From assembly GCA_976551045.1 (NCBI GenBank), contig CDPCPM010000208.1, positions 682,001 through 746,000 of the forward strand: DNA of 64,000 nt. Direction: 5' to 3'. Origin of the DNA: Glaucostegus cemiculus. Its lineage: Eukaryota. Made by a program: the position numbers and the translations under genes. The notes under the pieces were generated by a model. The model had not been told where the DNA came from, ran no database searches, and saw only the letters and a program-made list of their open reading frames with translations. Below are positions 39,105 to 52,057 of the stretch, piece by piece. How positions within the stretch are numbered: the first letter of the stretch is position 1; every line of letters begins with the position of its first letter.

Positions 39105-39359
39105 ATTTTTTTTTATTTTTATTTTACAGCGTGGTAACAGGCCCTTTCGGCCCAACGAGTCCGCGCCGCCCATTTTCAACCCCCCTTATTAACCTACCCA
39201 TACGTCTTTTTAGAATGTGGGAGGAAACCGGAGCACCCGGAGGAAACCCACGCAGACACGGTAGAACATACAAACTCCTTACAGACAGCAACGGGAATCG
39301 AACCCCGATCGCTGGCGCTGTAACAGCGTCGCGCTAACCGCTACGCTATCGTGCTGCCC
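39105..39359 (-). mobile_element. V-SINE subfamily A
   Basis: Reverse complement of the 18640/26883 family, adjoining an older decayed LINE tail (38815-39100). Confidence 0.9.
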
Positions 39360-39933
39360 TTAGATGTTTCATTTTTTAAAAATGTAACAAGTTCTGGTTA
39401 CCTCAAGTTGCTTTCCAATCAGAGTATACTAATTCATGGAGATCTGTTCTTAGTATCTTCACAATTATGAGCTGTTGTTTTTTACCCCTGTAGGGCATTT
39501 GTAGTCTGAACGTATACTTAAGGAAGGATATACTTGGAATATACCAAAGGTTCACCAGGTTGTCTCCTAAAATGACAAGTGTAAGAAGAGATTAAGCAGT
39601 TTAGAAGAATGCGGGGTGATCTCATTGAAACATTCCAAATTCTTAAGGGGCTTGACAAGGTAGGAGTGGAGTTTGTTTCCCCTGGTCAATGTGTGCAGAA
39701 CCGGGGGCTGTAGACTTCAAAAAAGGGGTTGGCCATTCATGACTGAACTGTGAAGAAATGTCTCCACACAGAGCTTCGTGAAACATTGAAATTCATTACC
39801 CAAGACAACAGGAGAGGCTCATTTGCTGAGGGTATTTGAGGCAGAGAGCAATAGATATTAAGGGAATGAAGGGAAATGGGGTCAGCACAAGAAAGTGGTG
39901 CTGAAATAAAAGCCACAATGTTATTGAATGGCT

Positions 39934-40121
39934 NNNNNNNNNNNNNNNNNNNNNNNNNNNNNNNNNNNNNNNNNNNNNNNNNNNNNNNNNNNNNNNNNNN
40001 NNNNNNNNNNNNNNNNNNNNNNNNNNNNNNNNNNNNNNNNNNNNNNNNNNNNNNNNNNNNNNNNNNNNNNNNNNNNNNNNNNNNNNNNNNNNNNNNNNNN
40101 NNNNNNNNNNNNNNNNNNNNN
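39934..40121. other. Assembly gap (188 N)
   Basis: Run of N; exons 4 and 5 splice in frame across it, so no constitutive coding exon is missing. Confidence 0.99.
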
Positions 40122-40865
40122 CTAGGCTTCAGACAGTATGCTTCTGCCCTGTTACGCAAATGCCACTGGTCAATAATAAATGGCAAGCGTGAACTGATTC
40201 CTCACATCAGTGCAGAATGACACAAAGCAACAACAGAAAACGAATGGCATGATAATAATAATATTCTGAGGGTTCAGGAGAGCTCTTCGCTGGTAAGTTA
40301 TTTGAAGTTAAAGCCACATTTTTTTGTTAATGATTTCCTGGTGCAGTAGGACTTTCCCTTAAAGTTTCATTTGGGTAATTTGGCTGTAATCTGTTTGTGT
40401 TTTGCATCTGTTATCTGTGTGATCCAAACGTGCCAAACAATAAAAGGTAGCTGAATGAGCTGTATAGTGCCACACTGCTGACTAGAAATGGAAAAGGAAA
40501 GTAGTGTGAAAAGTAATCACTGAATTATATGTGGACTGCAGTGGTTTACTGCTTGGGAATTTAACCCTTTGCAAATCAGTGGGTTTTTTTGCATATTCTC
40601 TTTCAATACAAAAGATTTTGTTTTAAATTGATTCATTTACAAGATGTGGACTTTAACTGCTATTTGTTATCCATATTCAATTGCCCCATCTAGAATTATA
40701 CATAGACCAGGTAAAGAATAAGATTTACCTTTCCTAAAGGACATTGGGGAGCAAGATGTTTCTCTCTGCAGTAAGATCCAAAGGTTTCATGGTCATGGTT
40801 ATTGGACAAGCTTCCTTTATATGTTTAGTTTTATATAATTGCTGAGATTTAAGTTCCCCAGCTGC

Positions 40866-41148
40866 ATTTTAAATTTTTTAAAACTTTTTAAAAGATTTTT
40901 TTAAAAATTTTTATTTACAGCGTGGTAACAGGCACTTTCGGCCCAACGTGTCCACACCGCCCATTTTAAACCCCCAAATTAACCTACCCGTATGTCTTTC
41001 AGAATGTGGGAGGAAACCGGAGCACCCGGAGGAAACCCACGCAGACACGGGAGAACGTACAAACTCCTTACAGTCAGCAACGGGAATCGAACCCCGATGG
41101 CTGGCGCCGTAACAGCGTTGCGCTAACCGCTACGCTATCGTGCCGCCC
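40866..41148 (-). mobile_element. V-SINE subfamily A
   Basis: Reverse complement of the 18640 family with a long alternating A-run/T-run tail. Confidence 0.9.
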
Positions 41149-41369
41149 TTATTGATGAAAGTCAAATGGCAGAATCTGTGGTAATGCGGAAATGAAGGAT
41201 GAAATGCTATGGTAATCAAGGGGCACTTTCGGTGATTTTGCTGCTGTAATTCTTTCTTGGAAGGAGCAGAGCAGTTTTCATTGCTGAAGCTTCAACTCCT
41301 TCCTCATATATTCTAATTTTGCTTATGATTGACAATCACACAGGCTTCCAAAGGAGCCTATTGTTATTG

Positions 41370-41765
41370 GAACGCCTCTCAGGGTTGAGGATGACATAAT
41401 CCACTCTGTTTTAGTGGGTTCTGAGGTGGCGGATGAGGGCAATGCAGGAACCACAGCCTCTTGCAGAGATGGGGCAGGAGGTGGCCGACAGGTGGTTGGG
41501 TGGATAGATTGTGAGGGGCCCTGTTCCTTCCGTTTCCTACATAAGGTCTCAGTGTGTTCTCTGTACAAGGTCTCGAGGTTCTCCATACCATCCTGAAGGC
41601 TCCTTCTCCACTGAGCCGCCACGGGCTAGAGTCAGTGGGGACGTTGCATTTCTTCAAAGAGGCTTTGAGCACATTCTTTTTCCTCCCTCCGCCTCGTAAT
41701 CTCTTCCCATGAAGGAGCTCGGAATAGAGTCTGTTTCGAAATTTGGTGCTGGGCCCTGCGAACAA
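41370..41765 (-). mobile_element. RTE-clade LINE 3' fragment
   Basis: LYSELLHGKRLRGGGRKKNVLKASLKKCNV and WRRSLQDG resemble the RTE/BovB C-terminal motif (YGEL..GKR..GG.RKR.KD.LK.SLK). Confidence 0.75.
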
Positions 41766-42164
41766 CAAGACCTGCCCTTCAAAACCAGCCGTGTGTGACA
41801 AGGGCCTCAGGATATTGGATGTTGGCCTGAAAGAGGATCCCTCCTGGAAACTTACCAGCCAATGGTGTGCCCAGCTTCTACAAGGGCTTATTTTGCTATC
41901 TATCTCCCCTCCCTCTCTAGCTGCTGGCAGTTCAGAAGTCATGTAACTATGGTGCACAGACTCCATTTGAAACATTGGATTCTGCTTACAGAATTTCTGT
42001 CTTACAACAGGCGTCAAAAAAATCCACAGTAGTCCATGTCAGGCAGTCAGATTCACTGCAGAGTCAGTGTTTCTCAATACAAATGGACACCAGCTTTGGG
42101 GTGTTGTGGAGTGCGCTGTGTAGACACAGAAACATTTGCATTTTTATTATATTTTCTCTTCCAG

Positions 42165-42252
42165 TGGTGAAAGTGGGGCTGGAAAGACGGTCGCTGCAAA
42201 ATACATCATGGGTTACATTTCCAGGGTTTCTGGTGGTGGTCCCAAAGTGCAG
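42165..42252 (+). CDS. MYO1E: Myosin-Ie coding exon 5 with P-loop ([29 protein letters not shown])
   Basis: ttttctcttccAG acceptor, 88 nt, CAG|GTAAGG donor; Walker A motif GESGAGKT. Confidence 0.97.
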
Positions 42253-42668
42253 GTAAGGTCAGATAGTTTCCGCAACAACACTGCTTTACATTGTTTATGC
42301 ACATGACCAGTACGCGATGGTGCCACAACTCTGGCCCCAACCCATCGACGTGGCCGTGCTAGGAGACCATTGAACTGAAATTAGTTTAAAACATTTTCAT
42401 TGTTTAACCCTCCAAAAACTTCACAGTGTCCCTAGAGGCAGTCAATATTTCTGAGACCCTGTAAGGAATTGTACTTTCTTTACATTTTGCTGGCATCTAT
42501 TTATCCAGGTCCAGTGTGAACGTTGACCAGGATCGAAAGTGCCAGCTGCTCCTGTCTCAGCAGTGCCTGAGTGATCCTGATAACTGCTTAATGTAAAGCC
42601 TATTTCATGATAACTGCGAGACCCAGAGCTAGTCCTTTCAAGAGCGTTTCTGATATTGTTCAGCTTAG

Positions 42669-42836
<168 letters not shown>

Positions 42837-43491
42837 TGATGTGACTGTAATGTCCTTTGGTTTGTCCAGGGGATTGTGTAAAGTTATCCTCTTGAGTAAT
42901 TGGAGGATATTTCTGGTTTGAAATTAAAAAAAAATACTATTTCTTTTTTTGTTAGCAGCAAGTTAGCATGGCTCAGGATGCTCCCTATGTGCATCTTGCG
43001 TTGTGGCTTGACCATATATCTTAAACCCCAAGGCAGCAGCACTTTTCCCAAGGTGCATTTAATCCTGCAAACAACAAGTGGTGGAATTGACTGTGGGTGT
43101 TCTACAATAACATAATTGACAGCATGTTCTGCTGCAATAACCTGTGCAGATTTGGAGACTAATAGAGGCTGCAGATTGCCTTGGCTGTAATAATCTGTGG
43201 ATTTGGATGGGAACATTTCCTAAGAAAGCCATCATCTTCAGTAATGGTTTAGTGATTTTTTTTGACCAATCTTTTTTAAAATGGCCTTCAATTTCCTTCT
43301 GTAGGTTGCAGCAAGTGAACCTGGTTCTAGTTTGGGATTATCTTCAAATCATTGTAAATTCTAGGCCAAATCACATTCTCCATGCATTTTGCTTTGTATC
43401 ATGACTATGTCTTGCATGCCAAGACCAGCATCATTTGTATCCAAAGTTCTGTTTGCTAAATCTTAGTGGGGTAGAAGTCCTTCCTCAGTTG

Positions 43492-43712
43492 CATGCTCTA
43501 ACATACAACGTGCTAATGTACATGCAGTGAATCTACATGCTCTAACATACAACGTGCTAATGTACATGCAGTGAATCTACATGCTCTAACATACAATGTG
43601 CTAATGTACATGCAGTGAATCTACATGCTCTAACATACAATGTGCTAATATACATGCAGTGAATCTACATGCACTAACATACAACATGCTAATGTACATG
43701 CAGTGAATTCTA
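43492..43712. repeat. Minisatellite, 5 x 44 bp (CATGCTCTAACATACAACGTGCTAATGTACATGCAGTGAATCTA)
   Basis: Head-to-tail units start at 43492, 43536, 43580, 43624 and 43668 with few substitutions and no spacers. Confidence 0.95.
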
Positions 43713-44339
43713 CTTTCAAAAATTGATTCATCGAAGTGGAAAAAGTGAATTCAATCCATGTGTTACGTCCTGTGGTCAGTGCATGGAAAAGTGGATTAAA
43801 CTCTAGTTGTGTATTTTGCTACTAATTATTGCAAGATTCCCATATTTTCACATTACATTGTTGGGGAGGGGAGGGTGGTAAACACCAGCATTCCTCGTGC
43901 TGTCTATTATATTCATGTCTCTCTCTTTGTTCGCTGGAAGAACTGGAAACAAATACGATGCTCTAAAATTAACTAGGACCTGATTAAATTTTAAGCAGTA
44001 GACAGTAAAGAAAGGCTGAGACCATACAGTGTCTGGTTTTGCTCATTATCATTGAACTATTTAGTTACATTTGTACCTGGCACGGCATCATGTTTAAATT
44101 GGAGTGTTAATCGCAGTGTTGGGAGTAACACAAATAATGAACAATGTAAAGCAGAACAGTCTTGCTGCAGGTAGAGTGAGTGAATTGCAAGCTATGCTTC
44201 CTTCCCCCGAAAGGAGTTGTACTTTGTTTACACACTGCTGGCATCTAATTATCCAGGTCCAATGTGAGTGCTGAGACTTGTTGAAACAAAGGGCCGGGGT
44301 TGGTGCCAAATACACCAGTTGTCTCATCTGAGCAAGTGA

Positions 44340-45360
44340 GTACAGCACAGAAACAGGCTCTTCAGCCCATCGTATCCATGCCAACCCTCTTGCCCATTGA
44401 TACTAATCACACTTGCCTGCATTAGGGCCAAATCCTTCTGTGCCTTTCCTTAGACAGTGTCTGTCTAAATGTCTCTTAAGCATAGTGACTGTATCTGATT
44501 CCTCTGGCAGCACACTCCAGATATCAGTCACTCTATCCTACACTGTCTTGTTTTTGATACCCCTACCATGGGAAAATGATTTTTACTACCCGCCCTATAT
44601 ATGCCTTTCATAATCATACATACTCCTACCAGGCCACCACCTAGACTATCCAATTGCTCCCTACAACTAAAGTCCTCCAAATCAGGCAATACCTTGGTGA
44701 ATCTCCCCTGCACCCTCTCCAGCGCATTCACCTCCTTCCTACAGCATGGTGACCAGAACTGCGCACAGTACTCCAAATGTGGTTTAGCCAGTGTCTTGTC
44801 AAATTGCAAGATAATATCCCAACTCTTACATTCTCCGCCCCTACCTATGGCAAGTATGCCATATGTGGTCTTCATCATTCTAATGAATGTCGTCACTTTC
44901 AGGCAACTATGGACTTGGACCCCTAGGTCTCTGTTCATCAATATTCCTTTGCCCTACCACCTACTGTACATGTCCTATCCCTATCTGAATTCCCAAAGTG
45001 CATCACCTTACACATGTCAGGATTAAGTTTCATCTACCAACACTCCCCCCAACTTTCGATCTGATCTGCATCCTACTGTAGACTTAGACAACCGTCCTCA
45101 CTTTCCACAACTCCCCTAACCTTCATGACATTTGCCAGCTTATTAATCATACCTCCAGCATTCACATCCAAGTCGTTGATATATATCACACACAGCAAAG
45201 GGTCAGCGCTGATCCCTGCAGTCACACACACCACCAGTCACCAATCAGAAAACCGTTCTTCCACCACTACATTCCACCTCTTATCACAACGCCAGTTTTG
45301 GATACAATTGGCCATCATGCCTTGGATCCCATGTGCCTTAACCTTCTGGACATCTTCATG
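44340..45360 (-). mobile_element. CR1 LINE fragment (RT region), decayed
   Basis: ORF 44528-44941: RDLGVQVH...KTLAKPHLEYCAQFWSP...LERVQGRFTK. Confidence 0.85.
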
Positions 45361-45589
45361 TATCTGAGAGAACATTTATGTCGTGCTAATGACACTGTGT
45401 AAGCATTGGCTGGCTGTGTGGAATTGGGGGAAGGGATTCATCAGTGATGCACCTCCACCTGATTGTGCTCAGAATCAGGATCTGGCTACCTAATTCCTGT
45501 TCATATTTCTCACCACTTAGGAGGCCATCTGGTTCCTCATGTGCACACTGGCACTCAGTGCAATCCCTTTAATCTCACTCCCCCACTTA

Positions 45590-45762
45590 TTTCCCTGCCC
45601 TTTATTCTCTCTCACATGCCCACTTCTCCTCCTGCCCACTGGCACTAGGGGCAACTTACTGTGCCCAATTAACCCATCTACCTGCACACCTTTGAGATGC
45701 GGGGAAAAGACTGAGGTACCCAGAGCAAACCCACATGGTCACGGGGTGAATGTGCAAACTCC

Positions 45763-45796
<34 letters not shown>

Positions 45797-46370
45797 CACC
45801 AGAAGTCAGGATTGATCCCGGACCACTCGAGCTGAGAGGCAGCAGCACCGACTGCAGTACCACTGCCCTGCCCCCTCCTACCATTGCCCCAGGTAGCCTG
45901 CTGCTGGACTCCACAGATCCATTGCAGCAGCTTCACCATTTCATCATCTAACATTAGTTAACGACACAAGACTAAAGCTTTCAGGTCTATGTGGCCAAGT
46001 AGTTTACCTGTTGTATGAGGCACTTGAAAGAGCTGATGATAACACTTCATTGTAATTGTCACAGTCACAGTTATGCATGGAAACAGGCCCATCAGCCCAC
46101 CAAATCTACACAGACCATCAACTACCCCTCCACACCAATCCCATTTTATCCCCCTGCACATTCCCATCAACTCCCTGCAGATTCTACAACTCACCTACAC
46201 ACCAGGGGCAATTTCCAGTGACCAATAAACCAACCACCGGTAGGTCTTTGGCCATCTGGGAGGAGACCAGAGCATCCATGTGGTCACAGGGAGAACGTGC
46301 AAACTCCACACAGACAGCAGTAGAGGTCAGGGTGGAACTTGGGTCTCTGGAGCTGTGAGGCAGCAGTTTG
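45590..46370 (-). mobile_element. Two older V-SINE copies (about 45590-45870 with internal (GA)n; about 46075-46370)
   Basis: Shared cacac(t/c)aggggcaa...cacagggagaacgtgcaaactccacacagacag motifs, also seen at 3925-4350 and 49455-49740. Confidence 0.65.
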
Positions 46371-46454
46371 ACAGGGGGTGGCAGGGGGCGTCCTGTGGAT
46401 ATGTCCCAGGTCTTTTTTACTCTTGCTCTTTACAGACCTTGAGGAAACAAATGA

Positions 46455-46990
46455 CACCCCATCACAGGAAGGATGTAGAGGCTTTGGAGAAGGTGTCGAA
46501 GAGGTTGACCTGGTTGACCTGGATGAAAGGGCATGTGCTACTTCTGGTTTATTATTTTCACATGTCCTGAGGTTCAGTGAACCAACAGCAGAGGCTGAGG
46601 GGAGACCTCAGATAAGTTTGTAAGATTATGAGAGGCAGAGATAGGGTAGACAGCCAGTAGCCTTTCTCCAGGGCCAAAATGTCTAATAACAGAGGGCATG
46701 TGTTTAAGATGAGAGGGGGTAAGTTTAAAGGAGAAGTGCAGGACAAGATTTTTTTTACACAGGGAGTGGTGGGTGCCTGGAATGTGCTGCCAGGGGTGGT
46801 GGTGGAGGCAGGTACGATACAGGCATTGAAGAGGGTCTTGGATAGGGACATGAATGGAGGGATATGGGAATTGCGTAGGGAGAAGGGTTTAGTTTACTTA
46901 AGCATTTAATTACGTTTAGTTATGTCGGTGCAACATTGTGGGCTGAACGGCCTGTCCTGTGCTGTACAGTTCTACCTTCTATGTTCTAAG
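46455..46990 (+). mobile_element. CR1 LINE 3' fragment
   Basis: PHHRKDVEALEKV...FFTQGVVGAWNVLPG; tail gggctgaacggcctg...ttctatgttct. Confidence 0.85.
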
Positions 46991-48204
46991 TGGTTGCTCC
47001 CTTTCAGCACCAACACCTAATCTTCACTCCCTTATTACTGCTGTAATCTGAATATTTTTTTAACAGTCTTTAAATGAAATTTTCTTAAGCATCTCTTAGT
47101 CATCCTTTGATCACTGCATTAACGTTCTTTTCTTCACCTTGCGCTCCCTGTGATGTACAAGAGTGTGCGGAGGTGTGAATGAGGAGCACCTCCCACTTAT
47201 GAACCAGTTGGGTTTTTACTGCAGCCCAGCTGTTTCCACGTTAGTTCTTCCTGGAACTGCCTACAAATCATCAGGTGGATTGAATTCAAGTCTTGAGCCT
47301 TTGCACGGTGGATTCTCAGCCCATTCTCCAATTCCACACTATGTGGTGGAGTCTTCAATGCCCTGAACCTGCCGTCCCACGCCCTGTGAACAGATAAAAG
47401 AATCACAGTACCTGCCCCAGCAAAATCCTAGGTCTCAGTAACAAAGTGAGTGCCTACCCCACCAGTGAAGTGAAAAGAGGGACCGTTAAATAGTCTCCAA
47501 ATTGCAGCCTGATTCTTATGAAATGCCAGTTTCAGCCAGCTCTCTGACACCACTGTGTTACAGTGTCTATTTTACAATGGACAAAGGAAGTACAGAAACA
47601 ATAACAAGGGAGAATAAAGCTCAAATGCAAATATCATTTCTGGCAGTCCTTTCACGGAGTTTGCTGCTCTCTGGATTCCTACATTTGGAGGTTGAGCAAA
47701 CAGTCAAATGTTGTCCATTTTCCAAGCTTGTCTTGTGTAAGTCAATCCCAATGCAATGAACTGGGAAATAATCAAGACTGGCTGGTATTAATAGAAGTCT
47801 CGCCCAGCTATTTATCAGATAGTTAAAAATAGTGGCTGTCTGATGATTGCATTACTAAGAATTCTATAATTTTCTGGCACAGTCCAACTCCTTTAATTAA
47901 CAGACGCCTGAGTAAAAAGATGGAATTAACGTACAGGGTAATGAAGAAGAGGAGGAATTAAGAACTAGTGACTAAAAGTGGTGGGATGCAAGGTGAGGGA
48001 GTGGAAAAGTCATCAAATTTGTGTCATTGGAGAGGTGCCAAATTAAAGACAAGTAGCCAACTGAACATACATTATTTAAAAAAAAGCTCAGTAATGCTGC
48101 TTAAGACAGAATTACTGATGTATCTAATTTACTTGATGTAGAGATTGCACCATAAAGGTTTCCCCAGGGTGTGGTTGTTACATGTTTTTGTTAGAAATGT
48201 GGTT

Positions 48205-48560
48205 AAGTTACTCTACTAGAAATCTGGAAGGTCTAGACAAATGAGCCGAAGAGATTTGTTCAAATCCCACCATAGCAGCTGGAGAATGTAAAGTCAGTTA
48301 ATCTGATAAATCTATAGTTTAAAAGTGAGTTTCAGAACTGAATCTACTAAATTCTTGTAGAAAATCCACCTGATTGACTACTTTGGCGAGAAAGATATGC
48401 TGTCTTTGCTTGGTCTGATCTTCGTGATTCCAGATCCATTGTAAGGTGGTTAAATGAACTTACAATGTTCTTCTGAAATGGCCAGGCAAGTGCAGGAGAA
48501 CTTTGGGCTGGACGAGTGTTGGCTGTAACCAGTGACACCCATATCCCATGAATGAATTTA
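48205..48560 (+). mobile_element. Old tRNA-derived SINE sharing its tail with the LINE at 25430-25710
   Basis: gttcaaatcccaccat B box and cccatatcccatgaatgaa tail; relatives at 58075-58590 (+), 3615-3800 (-) and 40625-40865 (-). Confidence 0.55.
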
Positions 48561-51500
48561 ATATTGTGAGAAGGTAGAAATTCATAAGGTCACCTACCAG
48601 GTAGATAACAACCCATTCCTGGGAATCTGTAATAAGGAACAGGGTAGTGAATTGACACTAGATGTAAAATTCAGTTCCTTTCCTCCCATATTTAAAACCT
48701 GACTGGTTTGCTTTGAGGAGGTGCAAAGGGAAGCAGTCCCTCAGATGATGGGAGGGGACAGGGAGCAAGGGGCCATTGATGGACAACAATTCCAGGTAGC
48801 CCTGATACACTTCCTTCGCACGAACATGGGTACTCCACAAGCACTGATCCAACAAGAGAGTAATCATCTTCTTAGTCCAGGTGGCTGTGTTATGATCTCA
48901 CCTGTCCTGTCTCTGGAGGATAGTTTCAGTCCAAAAACAAGAGATTGTGCCATAAATGATGACAATTTACACTATTTTGTGTATTCTTGACTGCTCAGAC
49001 ATGAATATCCTCTTATCCAACTCCAAGACATTAAATTTCTCACCCCCCCTCCTCCCACCATATGAATCTATGAACACCAGTTTGCCTTTTCTTGACAACA
49101 TTTAAAAGTTATCTATTTCAATATCTCAGTTGTGTTGTTCCATAACTGATCCACTGTCCTGGGGAAATGTTAAAATCTCCTCAAACTCAAATCTAGCCCA
49201 AGTAAGTTATGTTCTCCATTTGTGTGGTTATTATATGAAGTAAATGCTCTATTTGCCTTATTTGTAATTTTTCTACAATTTTAAAACATTCTCACAATCT
49301 TTTCTCAAGTGAAAAGTAATTTCCTGATGCTCTTACAGATTCTAGCCCATTGCCCACTCAGTGCCAACGGGCACTGACCCAAGTGGATCAGTCTAAGACC
49401 AGACATCTCAGCATCTGGGACATTCAGATACAAATGTTCAGGGGGTTCATAGAGTCAGGCAGCGTTGAAACAAGGTCCTTCAATCTATACTGATAACTAG
49501 CAGACATTTACATCAATTCCATTTTATTCTCCCCACATCGCCATCAACTCTCCCCAGATTCTAACACCCACCTACACACTAGGGGCAATTTACACCAGCC
49601 AACTAACCTACCGACCTGCATGTCTTTGGGATGTGGGAAGAAACTGGAGCAGCTGAGGGAAACTCACGCAGTCACAGGGAGAACGGGAGATCAGGAGTCC
49701 ACCCGGGATGCTAGGACTGTGAGGCGGCAGCTCTACGAGTGTCCCCTGTATCTTGGGAAAAATTCCAACTGTTTCAAAATGAGATCCAGGACAGGAAGCA
49801 GACATTATTCGTAGCCTTAGGACAAATTGCTAGGAGGGAAAAGGAAGCTGTTATAGAGGATCCTGATGGTGCAAAACCTCCTCCAGTCTCAATATGGCCC
49901 AGACTGGAGGAAAAGGTTTTTATATTTTCAACTTCAATACATTTTTTTTGTGCTCTATGCAAAAGGCAGGATATTTGTATCCAAGATAAACTGCAGTTAA
50001 TCCCGGCGCACCTTCCATCACCTGAAATCAGTCGCTGGGGGATCTTTGCCTCTGCAGGAAGTGCAGCCTCAACACAGTTCCACTGACCTGGCTTCCATTC
50101 TGGTGCTGCCTGTGTGCAGTTTGCACAATCTCCCTGTGACTGGCTTTCTCCCAGGCGCCCAGTTTCCCAAAGATATGCTGGTTGTTAAGTTATGTGGCCT
50201 CTGTAAATTATCCCCATTATGTGTGCCTGCTGGGTGGGAGAATAGATGCCAGGAAAGTGGATAGAGGGATAGGATTTATGGGATTGCTGTGATAACTGAC
50301 GTGCACTCGATGGGCATGTTTTAGGAAATATGAAACACAATACGAGCAGGACTCCTTTCCCACCCCTCTATCATTGACGGCAATTTCAACTTGTGGGTAG
50401 CAAGGACGCTGCATAAGGCAACAGATTCCTCTTTGGGAAGTAGATTGTGCTTTGATTATCTCATTCTGGCTTGTCACCTGAGCAGCCAAGAAGTGATCTG
50501 ATGAGGATGTGTTCCATGTGCCCACTTAATACACAAACAGCAAGTGAAATTTTCTTCTGCTGTGTATGTGGTAACTGGGACCAAACAATCGACCAACCTG
50601 CCCTCAAAACAAATTCAATGGAGATGCCTGTGGGATAAGGTTGCTTTCTGGAAAGGCTTGTAAACCTCAGATTCAGTTTGTAAGTATTGTTCTAACCATG
50701 TACAAGAGAAAGGAGACAAGCTTGGGTTGCTCTATAGGATAGCACTGTATTTTTTCAATCATTGACACTGCCTGGCTTTGACGTATACAACACTGACCTT
50801 TTGCTGGTATCTGAGGAACAGTTCTATCGATTGTAATGATTCTGTTTTTGCCTGGGTGAAAATCCAGCTTTTGGCACCGCTTTTGCATTGCTTTTGGACA
50901 ATTACTTCCCTTTCAAAACTTGGAAGAGCAGGAAACAAATGGAGACAAATTGTTAGAGTTGTGGAGGAGGAAGGAAAATGAAGCAAAAGTTTATAAAAAT
51001 TTTAAGTGTCAGAAGATGATTGTGGAAGGGAGTGGAACATCTGGAAAGGGAGTGATGTTTGTATTTTTGTCTTCAGAATACAACAAGAACTGGTTCACTT
51101 GCATAGAATTTGCATTATTACTTTTTTTTTGGAGGCTCTTTCATTGCATTGATGTTAATGTTTACTTTGCTGCTGTGTTACCTAAAAACTTCCGATTCTA
51201 GGAAAAATATTAGTTTTATTAGATCTGAAGATTCAAGGACTGGTGCACGATAAGATGTTCTTGGGAACAGAGTGTACACATGGGGTATCGCTGGGCCACA
51301 AATCTTGAATTTTTTTTTCCCCCTGTTCATTTTTGAAAAGAATAGATGGAAAATCTGGAGACCAAGATTTCTCAAATTGTGCTTTGTTTGTGAGCTATTC
51401 ATTGGGAACAAGCCAATAAATACATTGTATTCCTATGTTACATTTTTTCTTGAATGATTAAACCATTGTCATGCTGAGAATCTGATTACACTGCAAATTA

Positions 51501-51850
51501 TAACACAAGTTCCAATCTTACTTCAAACTTAAAAGTTAATTCTGTTTAATAGAAGATGTGTTGGGACAGAATCCAGGAAAATTTACTGCTGATGAAATTT
51601 GAGGGTGTGCATTAACCTACCCTGTACTCTGACAAGTATTATTCTCGACCCTATAACTAGGGAGTCTCAAGTGAGCTATTTATATTTAACTTTCTATATT
51701 AAGCACTGCCAGTTAAGTGTTCCAAGCTTATGTGGTTATTATTGATAAAAATAATAATGTAGCCCTGCAATTGCTTTTCATTTTTTTGCTGTGTAATCCA
51801 CAGTTGTAGATTTGTTTTGCAGCTTTTCACGTTATTAAACTGATGACTGA

Positions 51851-52057
<207 letters not shown>

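Noticed and set aside
38744-39337. 197-aa + strand ORF
   Set aside because: Chance read-through across a decayed LINE tail and an antisense V-SINE.
39737-40220. ORFs spanning 39.7-40.2 kb
   Set aside because: Artefacts of the N gap.
43492-43712. Regularly spaced repeats resembling a CRISPR array
   Set aside because: Units are contiguous with no unique spacers, there are no cas genes, and the context is a vertebrate intron.
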